Below the pieces are notes generated by a model. That model ran no database searches, was not told the DNA's origin, and worked only from the letters and a program-made list of their open reading frames with translations. Position numbers and translations under genes: made by a program. A DNA stretch of 56,897 bases, filler included, from Circinaria calcarea (taxonomy: Eukaryota): assembly GCA_051942165.1 (NCBI GenBank). It is 3 parts of 3 records of this genome, joined end to end, with 100 filler letters (N's around TTAATTAATTAA, not from the genome) between each part and the next. Parts side by side here need not be neighbours in the genome. Positions count along the whole stretch, not along the records: positions 19,105 to 37,956 come from JAVECS010000222.1; positions 38,057 to 56,897 come from JAVECS010000223.1; 1 more part is not named here. The stretch is one strand, 5' to 3'. Each line of letters begins with the position of its first letter. The stretch's first letter is position 1. Below are positions 36,031 to 49,994 of this stretch, in pieces.

Positions 36031-36679
36031 ATCCAGAGCGTTTGGCAAAATCGGTAATTCTCCGTATTCCATACATCGTCGCTCTAGCAGACCGAACTGT
36101 GCGTTCCTTGGCTACGAGGTATGAATTAGCCAAGTAGGGTTAGCACGCACCAGCTGCTTGATGTGAACGGTTCTGTCTGCCAAAGCAACAGTGTGAGGGA
36201 TACACGGTATCATAACCAATGCAAAAAGCGGAAGGTCACGTCGGGATCACGCCGGTTAGTGATCAAGAGGCGTACCTTGGGGGTACATACGAGGCACACG
36301 GAGCATTGGAAACAAAGCACCAGAGACTATTCCAAAAGGGATCGCAATTCAAAGCACTCACACATCTATCTATAACTTCCCGAAAAAATCACTAGTACCA
36401 AGCGCACAGCAGGCCTCTTCCATGCTTGTTTCAAGGAAAAGTAATGCAGCGACGTTATCGTTCAAGTTCGAACTATTATAGGAATAAAAGCTATTTATGT
36501 GCTCTACTTAATTTGAAGAAACCTAGAACTGTGTTGCTTTTCTGCCATTCTGGAGCGAGCATTGGTGATTTTGTGCATTATACAGCAAAGGCTGGTAAAG
36601 GAAAGAGCGGTTCTGCCATATTCGTTCTGTTATGTCACTACTTCTGTGCATGCAATTCCCGACTCCATCACTCACAAAT

Positions 36680-37068
36680 GACCGACGTTACGGCGCACAA
36701 GATATCGATCGAATTCCCGCTATACTCTGCCGATAAATTCGAGGGCCATTACGACAGCGATGACGCCGATGCAACTCCTGGCGAAAGCTCCAGTCGAGCG
36801 GATGTGCCAGGTGCTGGAAAGAAAGCACGCGTCGACTGTGTACCAATTTCACAGCATCCAGCCGTCGATGTTTGCATCCGCACTTCAACACCAGGGTAGA
36901 GGGGCCTTTGCATTCGACTGGCCCAACACCTGGACGAACTTGCGGAGATTTTGCATGGTGATCCAGAACCCATTCCTACTCCCATCCCGCTCATACTGGC
37001 AGCGCTCGAAGGGCTAGGGTAGGCATGCTCATCGTGGCCGACAGGGACGAAGTCATACTCATGTCCAT
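36680..37068 (-). pseudogene. Ctr-family high-affinity copper transporter pseudogene (5' part only)
   Basis: Met-rich N-terminus MDMSMTSS..MSM / MSGMGVGMGSGSPCKIS (frameshifted), an intron-like segment, then ML*NWYTVDACFLSSTWHIRSTGAFARSCIGVIAVVMALEFIGRV*REFDRYL. Stops at 36849-36851 and 36720-36722. Confidence 0.88.
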
Positions 37069-37956
37069 AGCGGATCCCGCGCCTGATGGATAATTAAAGA
37101 TAAAAAGAGCTGGAGAGGAAAAAGGGGGGAGAACAAGGCGCACAGTGTAGCACCTCCTACGGAAGCACTCCAAGATTGACAAAATGAACCACGAAGCGCA
37201 GCAGTAATATGCTATTTCAATGTCGTCCTATGAATTCAACACCAGGATAGAGGAGGGTGGCTTGTATTATGGACATGCAAGCTTTTTTTTCGATTTCAAA
37301 AACCCAGCGCGCCCATACGATATACAGACCGTTCACCATCCAGTACTGGAGAAAAAATAACTCACGGTCGAGTAATGCAGGTCTTTTACCCAATCTCGAT
37401 GCAGACAACGAAATGAAACATGCAATTGGAAAGTGAGTGGGTGGGTTTACGCGCCAAGTTTTTGCTCTCATTCATATTTCCCAATCTAGCCCGTTAGTAC
37501 CGCTTCATCTTTCACCAGTAGCCCAAGTACCCTAAAATACCACACCCCACAGCTATCTCGCTCTTACCGGTTAGATGTTGTGAAAATCAAGTCACTCTGT
37601 TTGCATCATTGTATACAGCCCCCGCCCCCGGGACCTCTCTTCTCAACGGATCCCAACCAATTTTTGGCCTTTGGAACTCAAAGATAAAGGATGGCAGGCA
37701 GCTACTTAGTCTAGCTCGATACCTATTCCCAAATGGCCTTGGCAAAAACTGCGGGCTATTTGCGTCAGATATTTTTTATTTCCCTTTTTTTTAAAAAAAA
37801 CTTATTATCATCATTCCACTCGGACGAACCAACCGATGAAATAATTAATTAAACACGGCGTACCCAAGCCCTCATCAGGATCTCTGGAAAAGTCGAAATC
37901 CGACCGTATTTAGCAGTAGGAATAGCTGCTAGCTTGTTTCTTCGCGGCCCCCCCCC

Positions 37957-38056
37957 NNNNNNNNNNNNNNNNNNNNNNNNNNNNNNNNNNNNNNNNNNNN
38001 TTAATTAATTAANNNNNNNNNNNNNNNNNNNNNNNNNNNNNNNNNNNNNNNNNNNN
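37957..38056. other. Artificial contig-joining spacer
   Basis: 44 N + TTAATTAATTAA + 44 N, identical to the first spacer. Confidence 0.97.
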
Positions 38057-39099
38057 GTGTAGGGGGATGAGAGGCATTTGGGATTTGGGTTTTTATGGTT
38101 CTGGTGGGTTTTTTGGGATTTCGGCGAGGGAAAGGTATGGGGATCGAGATGGAGTGGAGAGGGGATAGGGCAGAGAGTGGTGAGTGTTTTCAAGGAGGGG
38201 ATGAGAATTGATATAGGAGGGTTGAGAGGCGAGTTTATCGGTCATAAGTGTTGTTTGTTGGTAGTAAGTAGAGTTAAGGGTAGGGAGAGTTTTTTCATTA
38301 GAAAGAGGTTTTGATAAGGTTTGGGGGAACTGGGACTTTAGTGGATGGGGAAACCCTAAGTGCGGGGAGGGCGAGAAGGGGATTGGTTCGCTTAGGTGGT
38401 AGTGATAGGGTGATATTTAGCGGGGAGACTTGGGGTTACTACTATTTAACCCCCATCTAAATAAGAAGAAACAGGTACGGTCTTATAACTTTCCCTTACT
38501 ATTCCAACATTATATTAATACTATGAGCAAATCGGGCCAGCGACCGTTCAAAATAATAATCATCTATATAGGTCCTTATTACACACTTTCCCAAGGTACT
38601 GTCATCTTACTAGCTTGGCGTGAACGTGTATTCATCATGCTCCCACTTGACCGTCGAGCCCCCTCGGTAGTAGATGAATGTAAGTTCTCGGACCTTATGA
38701 TTCGTCAAACCCTTTTCCGGGCACAATCACCCACAGTGAATGGAGTAACCGTTCACCACTTCATTGGATACTCCCTACCATTGTTCTCCGATTCATCTCT
38801 CTCCATCACCAAGCATCAGACCCAGTAGCCCAGTTCGCGTTCCATCATCATCGAGCTCATCTAAGCCAGAGCAGGAAGAATCGTAGGCTGACGGCCGTCT
38901 GCTACCCCGATTGTTACACCAAACTTTCTGCTCAAATTGAAGCCGCTGAATGTCTTCCGTTCCATACATTCGTGCCCTAGCCATTCTTGCAGACGTGCCC
39001 AAACGTGGTTCTTCGTGAGTAAAGTCTTCGAGGCTGTCAGGCCGGATCATCTCGAAATCCCACATACTCAAAATACACGACAGACCCACGTAAAAGGTC

Positions 39100-40389
39100 A
39101 TGGCCTACACAAACTCAAAGACTTGGGTCTCCCCCCAGATGGCAGAGCAGGAGCGTTGGGGCACCGTTTCATCCAACCTTAGACGTATGAGATTTGATCG
39201 CTCCCCGTTTGTCCCGAGACAATTCTCAGAATGGATCCAGCATCGAACACAATACACTGCCATCCAAACCGAACAAGAAAAGAGACATTTAGCCCATGTA
39301 GAAGCAACTCGCACTTCAGGATTCGAAGCCGGACAATACGAAATCATTCCTGCGTTCGGTGGCAATGTCTTCAATGACGGCCGTAGCGCTGTCCTTGGAC
39401 AGCCTACGATTTGGTCGGTATGGACAGAGGGCCCGAAACTTCGACAACTTGCCTATTGGCCGGGAAGAGATGAGCTGAAGGAAGAAGGTGATGAACGTCA
39501 TACGTCCGACTTTACTCGATTCTTGCCCATCCCTAGGGTCCCCGGTAATGAGACGGTTGCATGGAAGCAGAAAGCACTAGTACGGGCACACTATTTGGAC
39601 TATGTTTTGCCAATAGGGACAATAAAGTGGACGGATGATACAAGAGTTAAGCAGGCCATGGAGATAGGGATCGAAGTTCCATCCGACGAGATTGTCGAGG
39701 GAATCCAGGAAACCGACGAAAGAACCAACCGTGATGCCATAGCTTTTACTCCTTCAAACCCGATGGACAAAGAAGCAGGTGACGATACCATCAATGGCAT
39801 TAATCCCCATGTCCCGTTAGACGTGATTCTTGAAGAAGACGAGGAAGCTGCGCGTAGTAGTATCTGTGACGTTACCATTACCACCACTCGTGATTGGAAC
39901 CGCAGTACAGTCGACGAACGCCTTTTGGAGCAGTACCGGGCAAAGTTAGCAGAGTATGAACGTGCCAGAATAGGCACGACATTGCAAGCGCCTAGCTATC
40001 CACAGAATTACACAGGATTCAATGACGAAACAGCGGGTCGTGGTAGTAGGAGAGGTATTGGTGTAATAGGTGATAAAACTTGCCTGGAAGGAGGGAAGAG
40101 AGATGAAATTCTGGAGCTACTACTTCCGAATACTAATCAGCCGGACGCCGATGATAATTTGCCATATGTCAGCAACAGAGTGCCTCCAGGAATCATCCAA
40201 AATGCAGTGGAAACTTCAAGAATAGACCCGCAGACTCTGAGTGAGAGCACCATGGCTGCTGGAGCGCTTCCAACCTACACTGGGACGGATGATCGTTGCA
40301 CAAAATCCAAATTGACTCCTCGACCAGGAAGAGCGGGTATGTCGACCGAGAAGGAGAGCGAGCCTTGTGAGATGCTGGGAGACAAGTAG
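39100..40389 (+). CDS. Hypothetical protein (W/P-rich N-terminal half, disordered acidic C-terminal half); may extend upstream
   Basis: 429-aa ORF with conserved-looking blocks WVSP..AEQERW, SPFVP..FSEW..HR, WPGRDELKEEGDERHTS..RFLPIPRVPGNETVAWKQ. Confidence 0.7.
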   Translation: MAYTNSKTWVSPQMAEQERWGTVSSNLRRMRFDRSPFVPRQFSEWIQHRTQYTAIQTEQEKRHLAHVEATRTSGFEAGQYEIIPAFGGNVFNDGRSAVLGQPTIWSVWTEGPKLRQLAYWPGRDELKEEGDERHTSDFTRFLPIPRVPGNETVAWKQKALVRAHYLDYVLPIGTIKWTDDTRVKQAMEIGIEVPSDEIVEGIQETDERTNRDAIAFTPSNPMDKEAGDDTINGINPHVPLDVILEEDEEAARSSICDVTITTTRDWNRSTVDERLLEQYRAKLAEYERARIGTTLQAPSYPQNYTGFNDETAGRGSRRGIGVIGDKTCLEGGKRDEILELLLPNTNQPDADDNLPYVSNRVPPGIIQNAVETSRIDPQTLSESTMAAGALPTYTGTDDRCTKSKLTPRPGRAGMSTEKESEPCEMLGDK

Positions 40390-40950
40390 CTGCATTTAAG
40401 TGGTTCTCCAGAATAGAATGGTAGGAGTCGACGAGCCTTCGCGAGCGTTGGATTGAACCTTGGTCATCTCGTCGTTTATTTTGAACTCATTTCGTGAGCA
40501 TTGCATTGGGAGCGGATGAGATGTGGTCATCTAGTCTCCTAGGCAATATGCATTCTGCATTCTGCACTTTTCAAGCGCCGGAAGGAGATGGATGTTGATC
40601 ATCCAGTCATTGACATTTCAGGAATTTCTTTCAAATTTTGGGATAGAGATAATTGTCTGCCATCTGGGAGGCCGCCATGCGGGGAGGATTTGAACAATGC
40701 AGAGTGCATGGTGTGAGCAATGACGGCGCTTTTTTCAAGTTTCTCAATCTGGATGCATGTTTTCCCTTTGAACCTCATGCAGTGACAAGACTTAGGTCTA
40801 GTCAAATTTCGTTTTCTCTCCACAAGGGTGTTTATTCACCTACCTCCTTGATGAAACTACCGATAATGTTACCAGCCTGGTAGAAGATCAATGACTCATG
40901 ATATAAGCTGCCCCCTTGCCTGATTAGAAACAACCTGACCATGCCCAGTT

Positions 40951-41739
40951 TCATCCAAGTCTTGACGTGGAAGGCATATATTCCCTTCTCATAGCTTCTT
41001 GTACTATTTGCCCGCAGAGCTTTGCAGTAGGATTGGTATGTACGGCTAAAGCCTTTCCAACTTCGTTACCATAGCGTCCACCCATGAAGAAATCTCTACT
41101 TGCGGCTTCCTCAAAGTCCTGCAGTTTCCAGTTCCCGATAGTCGCAAGAGAAGCAGTCATGGCTGGCATTGACTCAGGATTTTGATCTTGATGAGCCAAC
41201 TTTTTGGACACTGCGTGATACATGGCCGCTCGCTGGGTGTGAGCTTGAGCAAGTACTCGACATTGATTCGGGGATATCGCACACTGGGGACTTGGGGGCG
41301 AAAGGAGACGAATGGCTTCATTCAGGTCTTTGAGCGCGGTACCTGCCAAAGCTTGTATCTTGCCTGGGGTGGTCATCCCTTTGTGTGAGATGAGTGGGCT
41401 GTCGCCATACTGCAATCTAAAGATCTGGGCGCGGTTGTTCAGAAGAGAAGCCGAGTTTGGATAAGCGTCGACCAAGACGGAAATGCGATCGTATGCATGA
41501 CTGAGTCTCTGGTGCTTGTCTTCCCATGTACTGCTTGGATCTCGGAGACATTGCTCGAGACTCTTGATCACTACGAGCTCTTCTCGCTTTATACAGGCCA
41601 AAGTGTTGACGTCTTGTATGTTAGGATCGTAGGGTAGTGATGGATCAATAAGCACCCCAGCATTGGGAGCACTTTCGGGGTCAAACAGTTTCGAGAGAAC
41701 CGCACGATCGTTTAAAGTCAATACTGAACCGTCGGCCAT
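40951..41739 (-). CDS. TPR protein, TTC36-like / probable HmgX-type accessory factor of HppD
   Basis: Motifs LTLNDRAVLSKLFDPE, YPNSASLLNNRAQ, DLNEAIRL, AHTQRA, ASRDFFMGGRYGN and NPTAKLCGQIVQEAM resemble TTC36-family motifs; divergent from hppD. Confidence 0.75.
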   Translation of the reverse strand: MADGSVLTLNDRAVLSKLFDPESAPNAGVLIDPSLPYDPNIQDVNTLACIKREELVVIKSLEQCLRDPSSTWEDKHQRLSHAYDRISVLVDAYPNSASLLNNRAQIFRLQYGDSPLISHKGMTTPGKIQALAGTALKDLNEAIRLLSPPSPQCAISPNQCRVLAQAHTQRAAMYHAVSKKLAHQDQNPESMPAMTASLATIGNWKLQDFEEAASRDFFMGGRYGNEVGKALAVHTNPTAKLCGQIVQEAMRREYMPSTSRLG

Positions 41740-42361
41740 ATCTGAATGTGGGAAGTGGAAAGGTGGTGGCCTGATATGGTAATTGATTAAAATAGTAGAA
41801 GACAATGTGGTTGTCCAGAGAGATTCTGCAACGTGCTGATCCCAGACTTTACTTTTTCTACCATAGTCCATCCAGTGTCAAGGACATGCAGGTGCATGAA
41901 GTTAAACCGACGACATTTGACAATGTGATCGGAAGGGGTGAGGGGATTCGCGTAGAGGTCGCACAGGAAAAAGCAATGCCGACGATATCCGAGATGCCCT
42001 CTAAGCGAACCCTTGTGAATTGACTATTGACCCAATCAAAGAGCTGAGGACTGGGGACTGACCTTGCACGGGATAGCGTCCCACCTTCACTTTATAAACT
42101 AGAAATGGCTATAGATATCTCCACGCAATCCCCCTCTATAGTCTCATCTAGGCCTTTTGCTTTCGACCTTTCCCTTTGATGACGAACAGACAACATCTCC
42201 TGTAATTCATTTCAGTGTCAAATAGTGTTCTGTCTTCACCAACGCGACCAGATCTCTCAGAAGCTGCAAGAGCTGTGCAAACTTCCAAGCCCAATTGTCA
42301 AATTTCATCTAGTCAAGTATATGATATTAGTTGTTCTTCGGTCAAAGAATACAAGCCCTCC

Positions 42362-43664
<1,303 letters not shown>

Positions 43665-44410
43665 CCGTTGAGCTACATCGCGCAATGGGTTCTGCGAGGG
43701 AAATGATGCTTTGACAGTGCGCTTTCCCTGGTATAGCGATGGCATGAGCGTGTGGTACAGCCAATGCTCTATGCAACATGTGAGATAGTATCAATGTTTT
43801 GATTGTTCCAGCTCTTATGTGTATGCAACCGCCCAATGTGAGTCCTCAACAGAGCGACTTGGTTGGAGTTGGACGCACGTAGGCCAATCAATTTGTTGCC
43901 CGACCAGTCAGTGTCAGGCACAGGAGGTATTCCTACAGACACATTGTATGTAGACTTACATCAACTGTCTCTCTGCTTCTTCAAACATCTGTATTTGAGG
44001 ATAAAGATAATTGAGAAATTGTAATTCCCACCACCCAAGTGCTGTAGGGCTGTCATCCTTGCTGGTAAGATATCCGGGGTTTGTGTACATCGAGTTTGGG
44101 TCGTGTCTATCTCCATCTTTGACGAGAAGGCCGCGGCAACCAACAGCACCCAACTGAACAACTGGCGTTGATGAACACAGACTTCATCCCAAATCTTTGA
44201 CCGGCTTGCTCACCCTTAATGATTGCCAGATTCTGCCAGTACTGCCAGCGACAGCGACAGTCAGCTCCTACCTGAAACCGAGCTGGATTCGGCAACCACG
44301 ATTGCTACAACTTCCCCTTCCTTTCTCTACCTTCCGAGTATTGATTACGAGTCTTTGGGAACCGTTCTTGCTACTTACCTTCGTTGATACACATATTTGA
44401 GGGCTTTACC

Positions 44411-47400
44411 ATGGAAGTATCAGAGCTGCGACTATCAAGCGCCGACAGCTCGGACCGGGAAGCGGTAAGCTATGTGAGGGGGACTAGAATCACCAATGCA
44501 AGATTGCTGAGATCGAGAAATAGGATACCTTTGAAGACGCCCCGGATATTGTGCCACGGCCGCGCCCTCAACATAACAGAACAAGATCAAACGCCTCTGC
44601 CCGGTCGTTGACAGACCGCTCGTCAGCCGCGACTTCTGTTCGATCGTTGACCGATCGTCGAGACTCATCATCCTCAACTTCCGTCAACCGCCGACCTTCG
44701 AATCTGTCATCAGACCGTCGCCTTTCCTCTTCATCGCTAAACGCCACACCACGGGTGTCCAGGATGCCGGGGTCGATGTCGAGCGAACAGCAAACAAATA
44801 AGGAGGATGACATGCTGAGCCCCAAGAACCAAGATACGAATGAGGAAGGGGGTAATGGATCTCCACTCCTTACCGCCCGTAGGGTATCCAAGTTTGATGA
44901 AGTCCAACTTAGCGAGCTAAACGAGAACGGCGAGGCTAGAGGACGGTCTTTACATAACAGCTCGAATAATTCAGAACGCTCACGTAGTAGATCCTCTGTC
45001 TCAGCATCTCGTCCTAAGATTCCCAACCGGGCTTCTACCGCCATCCCCAACTCTGCTTCATCTTCCACAGCATCCTGGGGTGCACCACCTCCTCCTCCCA
45101 AGTCACAGGGCCCCGCTGCAATTTCACGAAAGCTATCGAGTCCTTTTGCATGGCTATCTAGGAAGAAGTCCACCCCACAGGGAGGAACATCGCCACCTCA
45201 ACCGAATTTCCGACGAAATCCTGCTGCATCTGTTGGAACTGCTGGCGGCAACCCAGATCTGATGCTGAGTAGACTAGATGAGGATCGGGTTACCGATGGC
45301 TCGAGCGTCGGATCAAGACCTCCTGCCAAAGAAAGTTTGAAGGAACGCTTCAAGATATTACGGCTGAGGGAGGAGGCCGGGATACACTTGAATGAGGTTG
45401 AACAGAAAGGACCTATCAGAGCACTAAACGGTGGTCAGGCGGGCTTCAATGACGGTACAACAGAGGTGGGACTCGGTATGCCACCCCCAATGAATGTCTT
45501 GGAGGAAGAAGACATTGCTCTTGTTGGAGGCATTGACCAAGTCAACCACAATCCTACCAATCTTACGATGAGTCGGCATAATTCCATAGCCTCGAACATT
45601 GATACTAGTTTGGCCCCTGGGACGGTATCTGGTGTCTCTGCTGGCCCATCCGCAATGCAAGACCCCGAGGCTCCTGTAGATTGGGATCTGTGGCAATCTG
45701 TCGTCTACGAAGGCCCTGCAGCTGTGGCTAAAACAAGTGCTGCAGAGCTCAATCGGGCTATCGCTAGCGGAATTCCAAGCGCAATCCGAGGTGTAGTTTG
45801 GCAAGTCCTTGCCCAAAGCAAGAATGAGGAGCTGGAGGGGGTTTATCGAGACCTGGTTATTCGTGGTACGGACAAGGAGCGTGAGCGCGATTCTGCCAAC
45901 ATCTCCAGTGGACCACACTCGGCGAACAGTCTCACTAGTAGTGGCACTCAAAAAGAATCGGTGGCCTCTTCCGCATCCTCGGTACATTCTGAAAATTCCA
46001 CACCTGCTACTACCAATGGAATGGCTTCCCCTACGCTGTCTCAGGATTTTGATTCTGCCAACATCTCAAAACTACAAGCTGCAATGAGCGCTGAGCGACA
46101 GAAGAGAGTCAAAGAGGATAATAGTAATTTGAAGAAGCTGGAGAAGACCATACGTAAGGACCTCGGTACCAGGTCGAACTACTCCAAGTACGCTGCAGCA
46201 GCCGGCCTCCAAGAGGGTCTTTTTGGAGTTTGCAAAGCATATGCTTTGTTTGATGAGGCAGTGGGATATACGCAGGGCATGAACTTTATAGTCATGCCTC
46301 TGTTGTTCAACGTATGTTGACTGTATTGACTTGTTTTCAACGGCTAATCTATGTGCAGATGTCTGAAGAAGAGGCGTTTTGCTTACTTGTCCGACTGATG
46401 AATCAGTATCACCTACGGGACATGTTCATACAGGACATGCCGGGATTGCACCTTCACCTTTATCAATTCGAGCGCCTTCTAGAGGATATTGAGCCAGCAT
46501 TATGTTATCATCTTCACAAGCGAGGGATCAATCCGTCAATCTACGCTACCCAGTGGTTCCTTACGCTCTTTGCTTATCGATTTCCCCTCCAGCTCGTACT
46601 TCGAGTTTACGACCTCATCTTAAGTGAAGGTCTTGAAGGTGCAATCCTTAAATTTGGGATTGCACTCATGCAGAAGAATGCCGATACTTTGCTCGGCATG
46701 CAAGACATGTCTGCTCTCAAGATTTTCCTCAATGAGCGTCTGTTTGACGTCTACATTGATCAGGCTCCTTCGGCGAACTCGATCCTCGAATCAGGTTTCT
46801 TCGGGAACTCGGGCGGGATGGACAAGGAAGTATATCGAGCTGATCTTCTCGTCCAAGACGCATGTGCTGCCAAGGTAACCCCGGACCTACTTAAGGCGTA
46901 CACTTCAGATTATGAGACTCGAATCCGCCTTGAAACAGAGAAACAGGCCGAACTTGAAGCTCTGCGAACTGCAAATGCAGTCCAAGCGCTTAAAATCCGA
47001 TCACTGGAAGAACGTGCAGAGAAATCGGATACAGACCATGTGCAAATGGCGACCGAAATGATCCGCAGTAAGATGGAGAACGAGGAACTTCGGGTGGCCA
47101 ACAAAGAGTTGCAAAGCGAGATCGAAGAGCTGAAGAAGACAATTGCATCGCAGCCGGCGGAGGTGGAAGCAAAGTTGAAGGCGGAGATGGAACGGATCAT
47201 GTCGAGGAATATCGAGGTCCAGAATGAAAACAGGGCAATTGAGGAGCAGATGACGGAAATGGAGCGAGACTTGGTGGAGACCAAGATGCGGTTTGCGGAG
47301 GTTGGTTCTCCATCTGCCCAGTATACACCTTGTACTGATCTTGACTGTGCAGATGAACTCCGAACACGATACCCTCAAGCAAAAGTGGAACGATCTCCGA

Positions 47401-47418
47401 AAAGCCATAGGCGATTAG
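44411..47418 (+). CDS. Rab GTPase-activating protein, TBC domain + coiled coil (Gyp5/Evi5-like); 4 exons
   Basis: Motifs GIPSAIRGVVWQ, IRKDLGTR, VGYTQGMNF, EEEAFCLLVRLM, YATQWFLTLFAYRFP; C-terminal coiled coil. Introns 44465-44523, 46312-46358, 47301-47352. Confidence 0.9.
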
Positions 47419-48160
47419 GACTCATGACAATCCTCACCCTCTCGACATTACGAACAGCGTTCACTTCTGGGTGTATTTGATAAGGGCAGGAACCAAGCAT
47501 AGCGTGGCTTTTTAAAAATGGCATGATACTCCACGGTCTGGGCAGGCGTCTTGATCTTCTGTATTTTTTCGACCATCGATATGCAGACCCTGGGAGGAAT
47601 TTTATTATCCCTTTCGCTGCACATAGAGCGAACTGGGAACCCCATGTATCTTAGGGATATGTGTATCAGTAACAAAGTTCCTTTTCAAGATATACCTGGT
47701 ACTGTACACAGTTTCTCTGTGATGATTGTGAGGAGTCTACGATCAATCGTATTTCTGACTGCTCCGGATCTTATTCCAACAATGGATTGTAAGGACGACG
47801 ACTCACTAATCGCTGGTAGGCACATCGTTCTTGGCTGGATGTAGAGGCTCGGCCCGGCGATAACCGACCCTACGGCTTTGTACGGCTTTACGCGGATGAG
47901 GGGCGAGATGAAGTTATTACTGCTCCATAGTATGATTGAAGCTTGCATGAGCTAACGAATGAGCTCGTACTGCATAAGCTCGGGTCATGTGTTTACTCAC
48001 CCATTTGTTGGTAGTGAAATCCGGTAAGAGAGCGGGGGGGGGGAGGGGGGAGGGGTTGATGTGATACTCGGTCAATTGGAGCAGAGCTGCTACAAGATAT
48101 GAGTACTCTTCCAACTAAGAAAGCTGGTGGACTTTGCGCTCTGGGGTAAGAGAAGACAAG

Positions 48161-49990
48161 ATGGCCTTTCTGCTGTTTTATTCGAGTTGGGCCTATCTGG
48201 GCTTGCTTCTGGGCCTGGTAGGGTTGATATATGTATGAGATCTATTGGCAATATCCGTGTACTTTGATCGTCTTCAACTAACACCCCTCCAGACCATCAT
48301 CCTCTTAACCTACCGCCTCCTCTTTCACCCCCTCGCCCACCACCCAGGCCCCCTCCTCGGCCGCCTCACAGACTGGTACTCGGTCTATCGCGCCTGGACC
48401 GGAAGCCGCCACCTCGACTTCGAGCGCCTGCACCGCGCCTACGGTCCCATTGTCCGCTATGGCCCCAACAGCCTCTCTTTCAACACCGCCACTGCCCTGC
48501 ACGAGATTTACGGCTTCAAAGCCAATGTGCGCAAAGCGAACTTTTATTCCGTGTTTCCGGCGAGTAAGGGCGCGTGGAGCACGCACAGTGCGATCGATAA
48601 GGGCTTGCACGCAAGGAAGAGGCGGGTGTTGTCGCAGGCATTTTCGGATGGGGCGATGAGGGGGTTGCAGCCGCATATTGTGGAAGTGGTTCGGAGGTTT
48701 TGCGATGCACTTATTGGCTTCGAGGGAGCTGGGGAGGGGGAGAAGGAGACGGGAGAATGGTCGACGCCGAGGAATATGGCCGAGTGGACGAATTACATGT
48801 CCTATGATGTCCTAGGTGACATTTGCTACGGAAAGTCCTTTGGGACCCTCGAGCGAGCAGAAAACCGTTTCGCAGTGGAGTTGGTCGGCACGAGCTCCAA
48901 GTTCCATTATCTGAACGCTCAGATGCCGGCTTTGAAGAAGCTAGGGTTAGATCGATTGCTTTTCCCCAAGATAAGGGCGGATAGGGAGAGGTTCATGGGG
49001 TACAGTAAGAGCAGGTTGGCGGAGAGGGTGAAGTTGGGGACAGACACCGATCGGAGAGACTTCTTCTACTACCTGCTCAAAGCCAAAGATCCGGAAACGG
49101 GCCAGGGTTTTGCGATGCAAGAGCTCTGGGGAGAAAGTAACGTACTACTAATAGCCGGTAAGCCCTCTGCATCCCAAGTCCATTTGACTCTCATATAGTC
49201 TTTTCCACAAAACTAACCCCTTGCCCCCCACCCTACTTACTTTATCACAGGCTCCGACACAACCTCCACAGCCCTCTCCGCCTGCTTTCACTACCTCCTC
49301 CATAACCCCACTACGCTCACCTCTCTCACCTCCATCATCCGCACCACCTTCCCCGACCTCCAATCCATCACCCTCGGCCCCCTCCTCGCTTCGTGTACCT
49401 ACCTCCGCGCTTGCATCGACGAAGCCATGCGCCTCTCGCCGCCCGTGCCGAGCCTCCTGCCCCGGGAAGTACTAAGGGGGGGCATGCAGATCGATGGCGT
49501 GTATGTGCCCGAGGGCACGGTGGTCGGCGTGTCGGCATATGCGTTACACAGAAACGAGATGTATTTTCCTAACCCTAGGGCTTATGACCCGGGACGCTGG
49601 ATACTCGCTCCCCACCCTAATCCTAATCCTAATCCTAACCCGAACGACGACTCCGGTCCCGAAACCCCTGCCAGCGCCCCGGGGACAGGAACCGCAACAG
49701 CAACTACTAAAAAAACCCTCGCACTCGCCCAATCCGCCTTTTGCCCCTTTAGCATCGGCCCCCGCGGCTGCATCGGCAAGGGCGTCGCCTACCTGGAACT
49801 CAGCGTGGCGCTAGCCCGGGTGCTGTGGCTGTACGAGATGCGATTGGTTCCCAAGAAAGGGGAACGGGGGGATAGCAAGGGGCAGGAGGAGGAATATAAA
49901 CTGATTGATTGCTTCGTCGCGCACAAGGACGGGCCGGTGGTGGAGTTTAGGGCTCGCTCGGGATGGGGCAAGGGAGGTAGTGTAATCTGA
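48161..49990 (+). CDS. Cytochrome P450 monooxygenase (benzoate-4-monooxygenase-like annotation group); 3 exons
   Basis: N-terminal membrane anchor, intron 48218-48292, HPLAHHPGP, YGPIVRYGPN, I-helix AG|SDTTST across intron ~49158-49250, ExxR (EAMR), PGRW, heme motif PFSIGPRGCIG. Confidence 0.93.
49616..49645 (+). repeat. Coding hexamer microsatellite (CCTAAT)n giving a PNPNPNPN insertion in the P450
   Basis: cctaatcctaatcctaatcctaacccgaac. Confidence 0.8.
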
Positions 49991-49994
49991 TGGG

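Noticed and set aside
36720..36851. In-frame TGA/TAG in the Ctr relic as recoding (selenocysteine or readthrough)
   Set aside because: It is accompanied by a frameshift, a lost splice acceptor and a missing 3' half; ordinary pseudogenisation explains it better.
38057..38077. Possible minus-strand gene start (MPLIPLH) running into the gap
   Set aside because: Only seven codons are visible, too little to support a call.
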